Positions 1 through 9,151 of a stretch of DNA of 64,000 nucleotides are shown one piece after another. Where the stretch lies: the IMG/VR virus record IMGVR_UViG_2061766007_000025, one strand, 5' to 3'. The translations under genes were made by a program, and so were the position numbers. The DNA comes from an uncultured virus (IMG/VR IMGVR_UViG_2061766007_000025) (lineage: Duplodnaviria; Heunggongvirae; Uroviricota; Caudoviricetes). The notes below the pieces were generated by a model that saw only the letters and a list, made by a program, of their open reading frames with translations, was not told the origin of the DNA and made no database searches. Positions within the stretch are counted from its first letter, which is position 1. Each line of letters begins with the position of its first letter.

Positions 1-813
1 ACTAAGATTAAGCGCACCATTAGAGTCCAGGATACTATCAAGACCACCTTTACCATACTTAATATCTTTCTTGGATGGCGGTGTAGTATTCTTTACCAAT
101 ATAGCAATATTCTTATCTATATTTTTAAGAGTCTCTGTAGTACTAGCAAAGAATTTAAATGAGTTCTGCATATGCTCTGTTAATGGTTTTCCTATAGCAG
201 CAAAACCAGCAATAGAACTATTAACAGTAGCTAAAGCCTGTGTAACTTGACTAAATCCCTTTTGATTGAGATTATATAAAGCTCTACTAGATTCTCTTGA
301 AGCAGAAACAATATAGTTAGCTGAAGCGGCAGTAGCTTCTGATACAGCACCTGCAACTTGCTTACCAACCATATCCATAGATAGAATAACAGATTTAGTA
401 TTCTGCTGATCTGAATCTATTTGAGCTTGAGTATCAGAATCACCAAAGTCATCTTCACCCCAGTCGTCAAAATTAAGATCGAAGTCAAAATCCATTCCCA
501 TAGCTTTAGCTAAGTCTGATGACATAGCTTCTTGTCTTTGTTTATTATACCATGTACCATGTTTGAGGTCATCTTTAATATTCTTCCAAAGAGTATTTAC
601 TATGGACTTACTATTATCTCCATCAAGATTCTGCTCTGCTACAGATTTCTTATCATAGATAAAATCTTTTATAGCTTCATATCCAGATACTGATGCTTCT
701 TTGGCAGTAGATGCCATAGAAGTAACAACTGGATTATATTCTTTGAATATATCTGAAGCTGTATAACCAAAAGATTTAGCTACATTTTTAAGGTATGTAA
801 CAGCTGAAGCCAT
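1..813 (-). CDS. 5' part of a large protein running off the window, probably virion structural
   Basis: ATG at 813 with upstream GGAAGGAG RBS; reads MASAVTYLKNVAKSFGYTASDIFKEYNP...; AACA-N6-TA motif at 864-875. Product is inference. Confidence 0.6.
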   Translation of the reverse strand, partial: MASAVTYLKNVAKSFGYTASDIFKEYNPVVTSMASTAKEASVSGYEAIKDFIYDKKSVAEQNLDGDNSKSIVNTLWKNIKDDLKHGTWYNKQRQEAMSSDLAKAMGMDFDFDLNFDDWGEDDFGDSDTQAQIDSDQQNTKSVILSMDMVGKQVAGAVSEATAASANYIVSASRESSRALYNLNQKGFSQVTQALATVNSSIAGFAAIGKPLTEHMQNSFKFFASTTETLKNIDKNIAILVKNTTPPSKKDIKYGKGGLDSILDSNGALNLS

Positions 814-863
814 ATGGTTATTCTCCTTCCTTATATAGTTTAATAAAGAGAAAATATCTTAAT

Positions 864-875
864 TATATAGATGTT
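864..875 (-). promoter_or_regulatory. AR9-like late promoter motif AACA-N6-TA
   Basis: Minus strand AACA-TCTATA-TA upstream of the 813 start; same motif recurs before other structural genes. Confidence 0.55.
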
Positions 876-886
876 TCACGGATAAA

Positions 887-917
887 AACCCTTAGGAGCT
901 TACAACTCCTAAGGGTT
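887..917. terminator. Intrinsic terminator-like hairpin
   Basis: AACCCTTAGGAG/CTCCTAAGGGTT perfect 12-bp inverted repeat just past the glycosyltransferase stop. Confidence 0.7.
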
Positions 918-921
918 ATTT

Positions 922-1749
922 TTACACTACAATGTCTAAATGATTAACTAATTCTAATCCATCTTTTACATATTGAAACTGTGGAAATAACTTATAAAAT
1001 TGATATGGGCCGATACCAGAACCATAAATCTTATAATCTACTAATTCATATGTAAAATGTATAATAGAAGGATTAGTGTAGCAAGTAAGTAAGTTCTTCA
1101 TATATACAAATGTATCTGGTAATTGTTTTACTGTACCCTTAGCATCGCTTAAAGCGTACTGATCAGGATATGTATATCTATTCTTATTATATAAATATAA
1201 TGCTTTATCAAGAAATCCTGTTTCTTTCATTAGTTTTATATTCATCATCATTACACCAGATACCATTTCACCATCATCTACATCATTGTTAAATGCAGCA
1301 TAGTAATGAGTATTTTTATCATTCATACAATTATGATACATCTTATAGATATCACCACAACATGCAGTATCGCAATCTAAGTATAATAGATAATTTATAT
1401 GAGGTAATACTTTATCTACTATTAGTCTTAATCCAGCATACGGTGTAAACCCAGTTCCTTTATTTACACTATTATCAAGATATTTAAGATAATGATCATG
1501 CACATCTACAAATTCTATAGTAGAATTAGGTGATAAATACTTTACTATTTTCTTTAATAAACGCTGATGATCAGGAGTTATACCAACATATCTTACCCAT
1601 TTACCTTCAGAAGGATCTACTTCTACATCTATATCCATAGTAAATATATAGAAATGAATAGGTTCAGTATGATTATTGTATAATATAGAATATACAGCAA
1701 GATTTATACCATTTATAACTCCATCATTACCACAAAGAAGGATATTCAT
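922..1749 (-). CDS. Glycosyltransferase family 8
   Basis: LYLDCD (DxD), SGVMMMN, YPDQ and IIHFT motifs typical of GT8. Confidence 0.85.
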   Translation of the reverse strand: MNILLCGNDGVINGINLAVYSILYNNHTEPIHFYIFTMDIDVEVDPSEGKWVRYVGITPDHQRLLKKIVKYLSPNSTIEFVDVHDHYLKYLDNSVNKGTGFTPYAGLRLIVDKVLPHINYLLYLDCDTACCGDIYKMYHNCMNDKNTHYYAAFNNDVDDGEMVSGVMMMNIKLMKETGFLDKALYLYNKNRYTYPDQYALSDAKGTVKQLPDTFVYMKNLLTCYTNPSIIHFTYELVDYKIYGSGIGPYQFYKLFPQFQYVKDGLELVNHLDIVV

Positions 1750-1751
1750 AA

Positions 1752-2405
1752 TTATTCACCTTCTTTTCTGTTTTTATCATTATACGCTTTAACCAGTATA
1801 TTAAATGTATCCTGACATTTATGAGGAACAAATTGCTCTGATTTATTAAAGATCACATAATCAAAGTTATATCTATTCAATTCATCTATTATGTCTTTGG
1901 GATAATGTATATAATTAACATAAGTTGAATCTTGACTATCAGCTGTATCAGGATTAGTATAAGCTCCATCTAATCTATTAGTGAAATACCATACTGCTTT
2001 AACTTTATTAGTACTGAAGAAATTATTAGCTATAAAGTTAAGATTATCTCTTAACGCTTCCTGATATCCTTCTTCATTTAAAGTCATATCACTATTTATA
2101 GGTAATAGATTAAAAGGAGATATACATACTAAGTTAAACTCAGTTATATCATCAGATAATGTAATATCTTCTAATCTATCAGATGTAATAAGTTTTACAT
2201 TATCTTTATCATAAGCATGTTTTAAAAATAATCTAGTAATATCTGACAGCTTATCAAAGTCATAGAATACAAACTTATCTGTATCTAGCTCTTTCTCAAT
2301 ATTATTCCAAGTTACTATAGCATTTTCACTAGGATTTACTTTATCGGTATATAATGGTAAACAGGTATTCATTATATAAGCATAATCTAGATATAAAATA
2401 TTCAT
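1752..2405 (-). CDS. Hypothetical protein
   Basis: 217-aa ORF tightly packed between the radical SAM and GT8 genes. Confidence 0.7.
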   Translation of the reverse strand: MNILYLDYAYIMNTCLPLYTDKVNPSENAIVTWNNIEKELDTDKFVFYDFDKLSDITRLFLKHAYDKDNVKLITSDRLEDITLSDDITEFNLVCISPFNLLPINSDMTLNEEGYQEALRDNLNFIANNFFSTNKVKAVWYFTNRLDGAYTNPDTADSQDSTYVNYIHYPKDIIDELNRYNFDYVIFNKSEQFVPHKCQDTFNILVKAYNDKNRKEGE

Positions 2406-2413
2406 TATACTAA

Positions 2414-3370
2414 CTACTCCTCTTTTCTAAATGATAGGCATCCACCAGAGCATTGTAATAACTCTGCTTTCTTACATGTAGCACATTTACCATAGTGATT
2501 CCGATCTACATGTGGTAGAGTATATTTAGCGGTAAGATATCTTCTAACTTCTATAATATTTTCAAAGTCTCTTATATCTACACCTTCGCAGAACTGACCA
2601 AAACATGGTATAGCTTTATAGTTATAGATGTCAATTACAGGTTCACAGAACTGAAATGGCTCATACCTATCAGTAGCTTCTCGTATTATTTCTTTCTCTT
2701 CCATACTAAAATAGCATGAAGGAATATGACCACAGTCCATATTAAGTTTACAATGATGCTTTATAGCATCCTCACAGAACTTTACATAAATTGGTTTCAT
2801 AGTCATATAATACTTAAGCTTATTATCTCTCATAGATTGATAACAACCTCCAGGAGAAACAACAGAAGTTCTAAGATGATTAATATGGTATTTATCTATA
2901 ATACCCCAGATATAAGAGTAATCATCTAATCCAGGATAAATATTACAACCAATATTAACTCTATGATCAAACCAAGACATCATATAGCAGTGCTCTAATG
3001 TATCCATCATTTTAGAATATAAATCTTCTGATACCGTTTTAGGAGAATTACAATTAACAAGTATTCCTATTCTATCTCCAATCTTAGGCATATACTTATC
3101 TAACTCAATACCATTAGTAAACAGTGTAGCACCTGTATTGAGTTCTACACAGTATTTGTTTGTTTCCTGTAAAATTTGGTCAAAATATGGGTGGAGAGTT
3201 GGCTCTCCACCTATAATTCCGACGTGATTCTCAGGAGTTCTTGCTAAATATTCCAAAGTCTTTCTATAATCTTCTATAGATATACTAGTGGACTTTTCTT
3301 TTATCATATCATCTGCAAAGCAATAAGGACATTTTAGATTACAATAATTAAGTATAGCAACATTAGCCAT
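2414..3370 (-). CDS. Radical SAM protein with C-terminal SPASM-like Cys cluster
   Basis: CNLKCPYC (CxxxCxxC), GGEP, TNG; C-terminal CATC-x6-CSGGC. Confidence 0.9.
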   Translation of the reverse strand: MANVAILNYCNLKCPYCFADDMIKEKSTSISIEDYRKTLEYLARTPENHVGIIGGEPTLHPYFDQILQETNKYCVELNTGATLFTNGIELDKYMPKIGDRIGILVNCNSPKTVSEDLYSKMMDTLEHCYMMSWFDHRVNIGCNIYPGLDDYSYIWGIIDKYHINHLRTSVVSPGGCYQSMRDNKLKYYMTMKPIYVKFCEDAIKHHCKLNMDCGHIPSCYFSMEEKEIIREATDRYEPFQFCEPVIDIYNYKAIPCFGQFCEGVDIRDFENIIEVRRYLTAKYTLPHVDRNHYGKCATCKKAELLQCSGGCLSFRKEE

Positions 3371-3384
3371 ATTATAACTCCTTT

Positions 3385-4545
3385 TTATTGACCATAATAA
3401 TATTTATAAGAATAACTAATATCATTTACATGATGTATATAAGCATAAGTTTTATCTTCTACCCAATATGATACATATCCAGAAATATAAGATCTATATC
3501 CAGAAACATAACTAGTTGGGATAGAATAATAATAATATCCATCAATTACATAATAACCAATTGGTCTTATAGCTACATAGGCATATAATATATCATAATA
3601 ATATCCATAATATGATTTACCACCATATGTAACAATAGCATATACTCCTAAATATACATATGATTTCGTACCAGATGCATATGTATTATTTCCTGTTTTA
3701 TACACATACACCAAATTACCATTCATATGCATATGAGAATAATGTACATTAGCATATTGCTCATATACACTATATACTACTAATTTATATGTAACCACTG
3801 CATATGCATACTGGCCAGTTGTCACCCAGTGACTATTAGAACCTGTAGCCATTGTATAGTATGTACTATATACTGCTCCGTATGTATATCTAGGTGCATA
3901 ATTATATATAGATCCGTATGCATAATCATATACGTTTTGGTACTGATATTTATATTGATTAAACTCTCCATAATTTCCAAATCCAGTATAATAGAATTTA
4001 GGAGTATTAGAAGCAAAACGAAATGTACCTTTGTTAGTTTGCACTTTTGTATTGCCTGCTAAAACAGAAGTATCATCTACTAATGGTATAAATTCTATAT
4101 TTACATCTTCTCCATTAGGACTTGTATTGATTTTTACTTTATCTATATCGCCATGAATACTTTCATATGTAGGATATAATACCACATCCTCACCATCATA
4201 TACTTTAAGATTACCACTAGCACCCATTTTGAATGTAACAGTGTAAGCTTCGCTTGTTTCATAGCCATTCTCGTGTCCTAATGCATTATCTCTATCATAG
4301 TATATTACTATTCTGTAAACGATATCGTAGAAATCTACTCCTAATAATCCATATAAAGTATATAGATCATAGGTTCTCTGAGTTTTAGAACTTACCTTAC
4401 CGGCTGTTCTCCAGAATGAATCTTTTCTAAATTTATACTGGAATTCATACGCTATCTGTCCATTCTCAGGTTCCCATGTTATAATACTAGAATTTTGTAC
4501 ACTAACGTCTACTATTCTATTCTGAGGAGATTGAATCGTTACCAT
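3385..4545 (-). CDS. Putative tail-associated protein with FN3/Ig-like N-terminus and extremely Tyr-rich C-terminal half
   Basis: ITWEP...AYEFQYK FN3-like pattern; C-terminal ~200 aa dominated by Y-x-Y repeats; follows tail-fibre-like genes. Confidence 0.6.
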   Translation of the reverse strand: MVTIQSPQNRIVDVSVQNSSIITWEPENGQIAYEFQYKFRKDSFWRTAGKVSSKTQRTYDLYTLYGLLGVDFYDIVYRIVIYYDRDNALGHENGYETSEAYTVTFKMGASGNLKVYDGEDVVLYPTYESIHGDIDKVKINTSPNGEDVNIEFIPLVDDTSVLAGNTKVQTNKGTFRFASNTPKFYYTGFGNYGEFNQYKYQYQNVYDYAYGSIYNYAPRYTYGAVYSTYYTMATGSNSHWVTTGQYAYAVVTYKLVVYSVYEQYANVHYSHMHMNGNLVYVYKTGNNTYASGTKSYVYLGVYAIVTYGGKSYYGYYYDILYAYVAIRPIGYYVIDGYYYYSIPTSYVSGYRSYISGYVSYWVEDKTYAYIHHVNDISYSYKYYYGQ

Positions 4546-4559
4546 GTATCATCTCTCCT

Positions 4560-5252
4560 TTAACTGTTTTTAATATACCACATTGCGCCTGGTGTTGGAT
4601 TTTCTGGATCATGATCTAATATTTCTACACCTATACCAGATACTGATGACTGAGAACCATCTGATCCATTAAGGTAAATAGTAGATCCAGACTTAGTAAT
4701 ATTATATAAGATGGTATTAGCAATAAGTACATAAGTAGAACCAGACCAACGATAACATGTATTCTGCCCGCTACTAATATCTACATATATCTTACCTTTT
4801 TCACCAACTTCAGGGAAATGCTCTACACCATCAAATTCCAAGATATCATCAATAGATGCAGGAAGATATGATGTATCAATAAATCCATCTTCATTAAGAG
4901 GTACAATACCATTTGGTTGACCAATAGATTCTGTTATTTTTCTGATGAATCTTTTAATAGAACCAATTATTTTAGCTAATGTGTTACCTGTTTGAATATC
5001 GTCTCTTAATATATCTTCATATTCTTTATCTTCTATCTCTTCAAATTCTATGACATTTTGAGAGATATCAGCATCAGAAAAATATGGTAATTCATTATAC
5101 GGAGTGATACCATCACCCATCTTGATTTTACCACTACCAGTGCCAACACCAGTATCAGGAACTTCAAAACATATTTCACCATTCATTAATACTGGATTGA
5201 TCCTTTCAAGAGTGGATTTCTTGCCTCTCTTAGGTTTTAATACATATGCCAT
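4560..5252 (-). CDS. Tail fibre-associated protein (hyaluronidase/Mtd N-terminal-like domain)
   Basis: NPVLMNGEI...KIKMGDGITPYNELPY signature; FPEVGEKGKIYVD...YRWSGSTY module common in phage tail proteins. Confidence 0.7.
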   Translation of the reverse strand: MAYVLKPKRGKKSTLERINPVLMNGEICFEVPDTGVGTGSGKIKMGDGITPYNELPYFSDADISQNVIEFEEIEDKEYEDILRDDIQTGNTLAKIIGSIKRFIRKITESIGQPNGIVPLNEDGFIDTSYLPASIDDILEFDGVEHFPEVGEKGKIYVDISSGQNTCYRWSGSTYVLIANTILYNITKSGSTIYLNGSDGSQSSVSGIGVEILDHDPENPTPGAMWYIKNS

Positions 5253-5275
5253 TTTATATTACCACCCTTTCTAAT

Positions 5276-5728
5276 TTATTCTGGTAGTACTTGATTTGGA
5301 TCATCATAATCACCAAAATCATATACTGCTTCTATATCCCATGTTTGACCTACATATCTTAACTCGGAGAATTTATGTATTCCATCGCCTACTTTAATTT
5401 CATATTTAGTAGAATCAAATACTATTTCGCCAGGTGCAGGTACAGGATCTTCTGTAGTCCATTCAGTATTTGTAGCAGATCTAATACAAATCTCTTTATG
5501 AACATCAGCACCACCAGCATGAATAGCATCAGCATCACTAGGATCTAACGCATAAGGAAGATTTCTCCAATTACTAATTCCATCACCTATTTTAATTTTA
5601 GCAGATGCATAAGTAAAATCATCAGGTATTTCTATTCCAAGTTCTCCATCCATCAATATAGGATCATATATATTCCACTCAGAAGCAGTTCCTTTTCTAG
5701 GACAGATTCGAGATATATTTTCACTCAT
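5276..5728 (-). CDS. Tail fibre-associated protein with two Mtd N-terminal-like repeats
   Basis: Two copies of W..DP...GE...KIGDG motif; start moved to ATG 5728 because it has a GGAGG RBS and a late motif at 5758-5769. Confidence 0.7.
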   Translation of the reverse strand: MSENISRICPRKGTASEWNIYDPILMDGELGIEIPDDFTYASAKIKIGDGISNWRNLPYALDPSDADAIHAGGADVHKEICIRSATNTEWTTEDPVPAPGEIVFDSTKYEIKVGDGIHKFSELRYVGQTWDIEAVYDFGDYDDPNQVLPE

Positions 5729-5831
5729 ACTTATGAATACCTCCTTATATATAACATTATATCGATGTTCCAAATATACAGAGGTTATAAAAAATAAAAT
5801 ACCATAGGGCTTTTACCCTATGGTACGTATA

Positions 5832-6077
5832 TTATTCATTACTTGGAGTAATTTCTGATAAATTGACCCATCCTGTTGCCATTCTAGGTTTATTTACTTT
5901 ATCTTTAGAATCTGTTATTCTAATTCTATCATTCTTTATAGTACTATTGAATATAAAGAACTTTCCTGTCTTGATGAGACTAGGTGTATTAGAATCATAT
6001 GTAGGATATACTTTAGTATCTGATGCTAAAACCAAATCTCCATTTTTATAAAGCATAACAACTATATCTCCTTTCAA
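5832..6077 (-). CDS. Small hypothetical protein (SH3-like, GWV motif)
   Basis: 81 aa ending TGWVNLSEI; overlaps stop of upstream membrane gene. Confidence 0.5.
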   Translation of the reverse strand: MKGDIVVMLYKNGDLVLASDTKVYPTYDSNTPSLIKTGKFFIFNSTIKNDRIRITDSKDKVNKPRMATGWVNLSEITPSNE

Positions 6078-6490
6078 TAATCAGATGGTGGTAACTCATT
6101 ATCTTCATTATTATCAGTGTTTTCATCATCTTCAGTTTCTACATTATTAGCTTTCTTAAGTAAAGTATCTTTAAGCTTAATATAAGCATTAACTTTACCT
6201 CCACCGATCTTAACCACATTCTCAAATAAACTCTTTATAAGATAACCACCAACTACTATTCTAAATGTTTCATTAGATTCTGTTATTAAAGTTTCTAATG
6301 CTGTTATAGATCCTGTAAAATAACTTATAGATATCATTACCATAGAATATATACAAGCTAATATGTATATTATAGAAACTCCTATTACTACTTTCTTACT
6401 AAATTCTATAGCCCAATCAAAGAATAGTTGTATCTTCTTTTCTGATTTCTTAGTGTCAGATAACTTATCTGTAGGATTTATCTTCTTCAT
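6074..6490 (-). CDS. Membrane protein, holin-like
   Basis: Hydrophobic segment after EFSKK, charged termini, GGAGG RBS. Confidence 0.5.
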   Translation of the reverse strand: MKKINPTDKLSDTKKSEKKIQLFFDWAIEFSKKVVIGVSIIYILACIYSMVMISISYFTGSITALETLITESNETFRIVVGGYLIKSLFENVVKIGGGKVNAYIKLKDTLLKKANNVETEDDENTDNNEDNELPPSDY

Positions 6491-6559
6491 ATAAACACCT
6501 CCTTATAATTTTATTTAAATGTGAAAATCACAATATAATAATTATAAAAAGAGGAGGAA

Positions 6560-6934
6560 ATGAAAATGCCAATCTATAAGTTTAAAATGCCAGTTACAGT
6601 TAAGGCAACAACTATTAAAAAGAAAGAGTTCTTTGCTTTATATGCTATACTAAAAGAAGCATCAAGAACTTTTACATATAAAAATGATAAGTCATTTTTA
6701 AACAGTTTAAAATGGTGGTGTATTGTAAATAATGATGAAGAATTGGTATTTTTAGACTACAATATTCAAAGGAGTAATCTTAATGATACTAATTATACAT
6801 CAGAATTATCATCATTAATAGATGAAGCTAATATAAAATTAAAAGAAAATAAGAAATATAGGAATAGAGACTATAGATTTGATATTGTAGGAGATTGGAC
6901 TAGAGGATTTATATCAATAATTACAAGAGTTTAG
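6560..6934 (+). CDS. Hypothetical protein
   Basis: GAGGAGG RBS; hairpin at 6943-6971 follows. Confidence 0.7.
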   Translation: MKMPIYKFKMPVTVKATTIKKKEFFALYAILKEASRTFTYKNDKSFLNSLKWWCIVNNDEELVFLDYNIQRSNLNDTNYTSELSSLIDEANIKLKENKKYRNRDYRFDIVGDWTRGFISIITRV

Positions 6935-6990
6935 AAAAAATAAACCATGTGGGAGAAAATCCCACATGGTTATCTTTTTATTCACATAAG

Positions 6991-7317
6991 TTATTTATCC
7001 TCTAATAATGATATTAGATCAAACCACTTCTGTGCTAATAATGATGCTATAGATCCTATTATTAATAGTAATGCTATAAACATTATTATTGCATCTGGCA
7101 TTGTAATGATGCCAGATGATTTATCGTAATACCTTGAACTTGTTAGTATAATAGATAATAATCCAGATACTACAATAAATATAACTGGAATTATATATCT
7201 TACGATAATTCTTAACAATTTTGTTTTTAAAGGAATCTTATGATTTCTTTTAATTACATAATATTCCTTTAAACTGGTAGGATCTTTTCTAACGTATAAC
7301 ATTAGATACCCTCCCAT
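6991..7317 (-). CDS. Two-TM membrane protein
   Basis: Two long hydrophobic stretches. Confidence 0.6.
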   Translation of the reverse strand: MGGYLMLYVRKDPTSLKEYYVIKRNHKIPLKTKLLRIIVRYIIPVIFIVVSGLLSIILTSSRYYDKSSGIITMPDAIIMFIALLLIIGSIASLLAQKWFDLISLLEDK

Positions 7318-8024
7318 CTGTAAATACGATGTACCTGCTTACCATTTGATATATGTTCAAATGTATGATCTTTGATCATATCAGACATATATGTTTTTAT
7401 AGCATATATATCATTATAAATGATCTTAAACCTCTCATCAGGATCTACCTGTATATGATTGTCTTTCTTCTCAGTAAATATACTAAGATAGAAAGTCATA
7501 TATTTATCCATAGATTTATCAAATGAATAACAAGGTACATGAGACTTCTTTCTTTCCTGATTTTTAGCTACTATACTATTTATAGTATCAAGACAAATAG
7601 TAACATTATACTTATCTGTCTCATGAAATAATACAATAGAACTAGGAGAATTACTAAGTATAGTAAACTTATCTTTCAGAGCAATATAGAAACTATCCAT
7701 AAGATTAGTTCTCATAATGGTTCCTTCAGATGCTGTACCTTCCCACTTCTTGGTGTTGTAGTTATCAACTACAATGTATCCGGAAGAAGTAAGAATATTT
7801 CTGTAGCCATCAGATATAAGATATCTATCATCCATATAATCAAAATAAATCTGTCCGCCAAATTGTACATGGATATTCTTACCGTCTACTTTTAAGATAG
7901 TTCCGTCGTCAAGAGTAACTACCATACCAAGATTTTTATTATTGGGATCATACTTGCGCAGTTTACTATTGGTACTGTAGTCGAAGAAATAATTCATGTT
8001 ATTTGTCTTAATAAACTTTACCAT
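7302..8024 (-). CDS. Hypothetical protein, probable paralogue of 8040-8828
   Basis: Shares GYIV and RK..C..F.K.MD segments with the neighbouring ORF. Confidence 0.65.
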   Translation of the reverse strand: MVKFIKTNNMNYFFDYSTNSKLRKYDPNNKNLGMVVTLDDGTILKVDGKNIHVQFGGQIYFDYMDDRYLISDGYRNILTSSGYIVVDNYNTKKWEGTASEGTIMRTNLMDSFYIALKDKFTILSNSPSSIVLFHETDKYNVTICLDTINSIVAKNQERKKSHVPCYSFDKSMDKYMTFYLSIFTEKKDNHIQVDPDERFKIIYNDIYAIKTYMSDMIKDHTFEHISNGKQVHRIYRWEGI

Positions 8025-8039
8025 TATAATACCACCACC

Positions 8040-8828
8040 TTAAAGTATGACTGTTGACTTGATCTCGTTAGATACATATCTTACATGATCATCAGGATTA
8101 TTGCTTCTAAGATAATCTACAATATTATCAATTATCTCTTCAGCTGTATTGTCTGCGTGCTTTCCATCATTAATATCTTTTACTGCATAAATTGGAACAG
8201 TCTTAAATCTGTCCATAGTTTTAATGAATGGAATGCACTTCTTACCTTCATTCTTTCTGATCTCATTAAGATTAAAAAGCTGCTTACAATTACATATATA
8301 GATCTCTGCAGTGCTGTTATTAGCTTTAAGATAATACTTATTAGGATAATTGCTATCCTTAATAGCACTCATATTATAATATGGATGCTTAGTAAGCTCA
8401 TAACTACAATATCTTACATCCTGTAAGATTGCTGCATTGAGTTCTTTACCTTTAGTAAAATCTGTCATGAGATTTGTATCGCCATCTCCAAATACAATGT
8501 ATCCCATAGAGATGAGTTTTTTCTCATAAACTGATGTAAATCTTATCATAGCTCCTCTGTAATAAGCGCTATAATATAATTCTGTCTCACGTCTAGCATT
8601 GCTGTAAGGTATAACTATACTTCCCTTCCCTGTAGGTGATGGTGCAATAAGCTCTATCTCATATAAATCAGGATTACTAATACCTCTGAAATATAACTGA
8701 GACTTCAATACTTCCATGTTGCGGAATAATCTATTATGATTTACTCCTTCAACATATTTCCCATTCTGCATTCTTGCAGCTAATCCCGCTTTTTCACCAT
8801 CTAAGGTATAGCTAAAAATATCGAACAT
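8040..8828 (-). CDS. Hypothetical protein
   Basis: 262-aa ORF with GGGAGG RBS. Confidence 0.7.
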   Translation of the reverse strand: MFDIFSYTLDGEKAGLAARMQNGKYVEGVNHNRLFRNMEVLKSQLYFRGISNPDLYEIELIAPSPTGKGSIVIPYSNARRETELYYSAYYRGAMIRFTSVYEKKLISMGYIVFGDGDTNLMTDFTKGKELNAAILQDVRYCSYELTKHPYYNMSAIKDSNYPNKYYLKANNSTAEIYICNCKQLFNLNEIRKNEGKKCIPFIKTMDRFKTVPIYAVKDINDGKHADNTAEEIIDNIVDYLRSNNPDDHVRYVSNEIKSTVIL

Positions 8829-8986
8829 AATTTGTTCCTCCCTTATTTGTTTAAAATTTGTTTAGATATTTTGGTTGATTAATATTTGTAGAACCTCCAT
8901 TCTTATTTTTATTTGTAAAAGTATGTCAACCTTTCATACTTCTATATGTATTATATATAATTAAAAAAGTCAATACATACAAATCA

Positions 8987-8998
8987 AACATTATAATA
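8987..8998 (+). promoter_or_regulatory. AR9-like late promoter motif AACA-N6-TA
   Basis: AACA-TTATAA-TA upstream of the large RNAP beta-like gene. Confidence 0.5.
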
Positions 8999-9151
8999 AT
9001 GAAATGAATAATTAAAGCTATGATAGTCCTTCCTTAGTTATGTGACTTCCCTGGTTATGGCTGGGGGNNNNNNNNNNNNNNNNNNNNNNNNNNNNNNNNN
9101 NNNNNNNNNNNNNNNNNNNNNNNNNAATACTATATAAGGAGGTTTTGGTTT

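Noticed and set aside
9001..9125. Possible structured leader upstream of the large RNAP gene
   Set aside because: Runs into an N gap, so it cannot be evaluated
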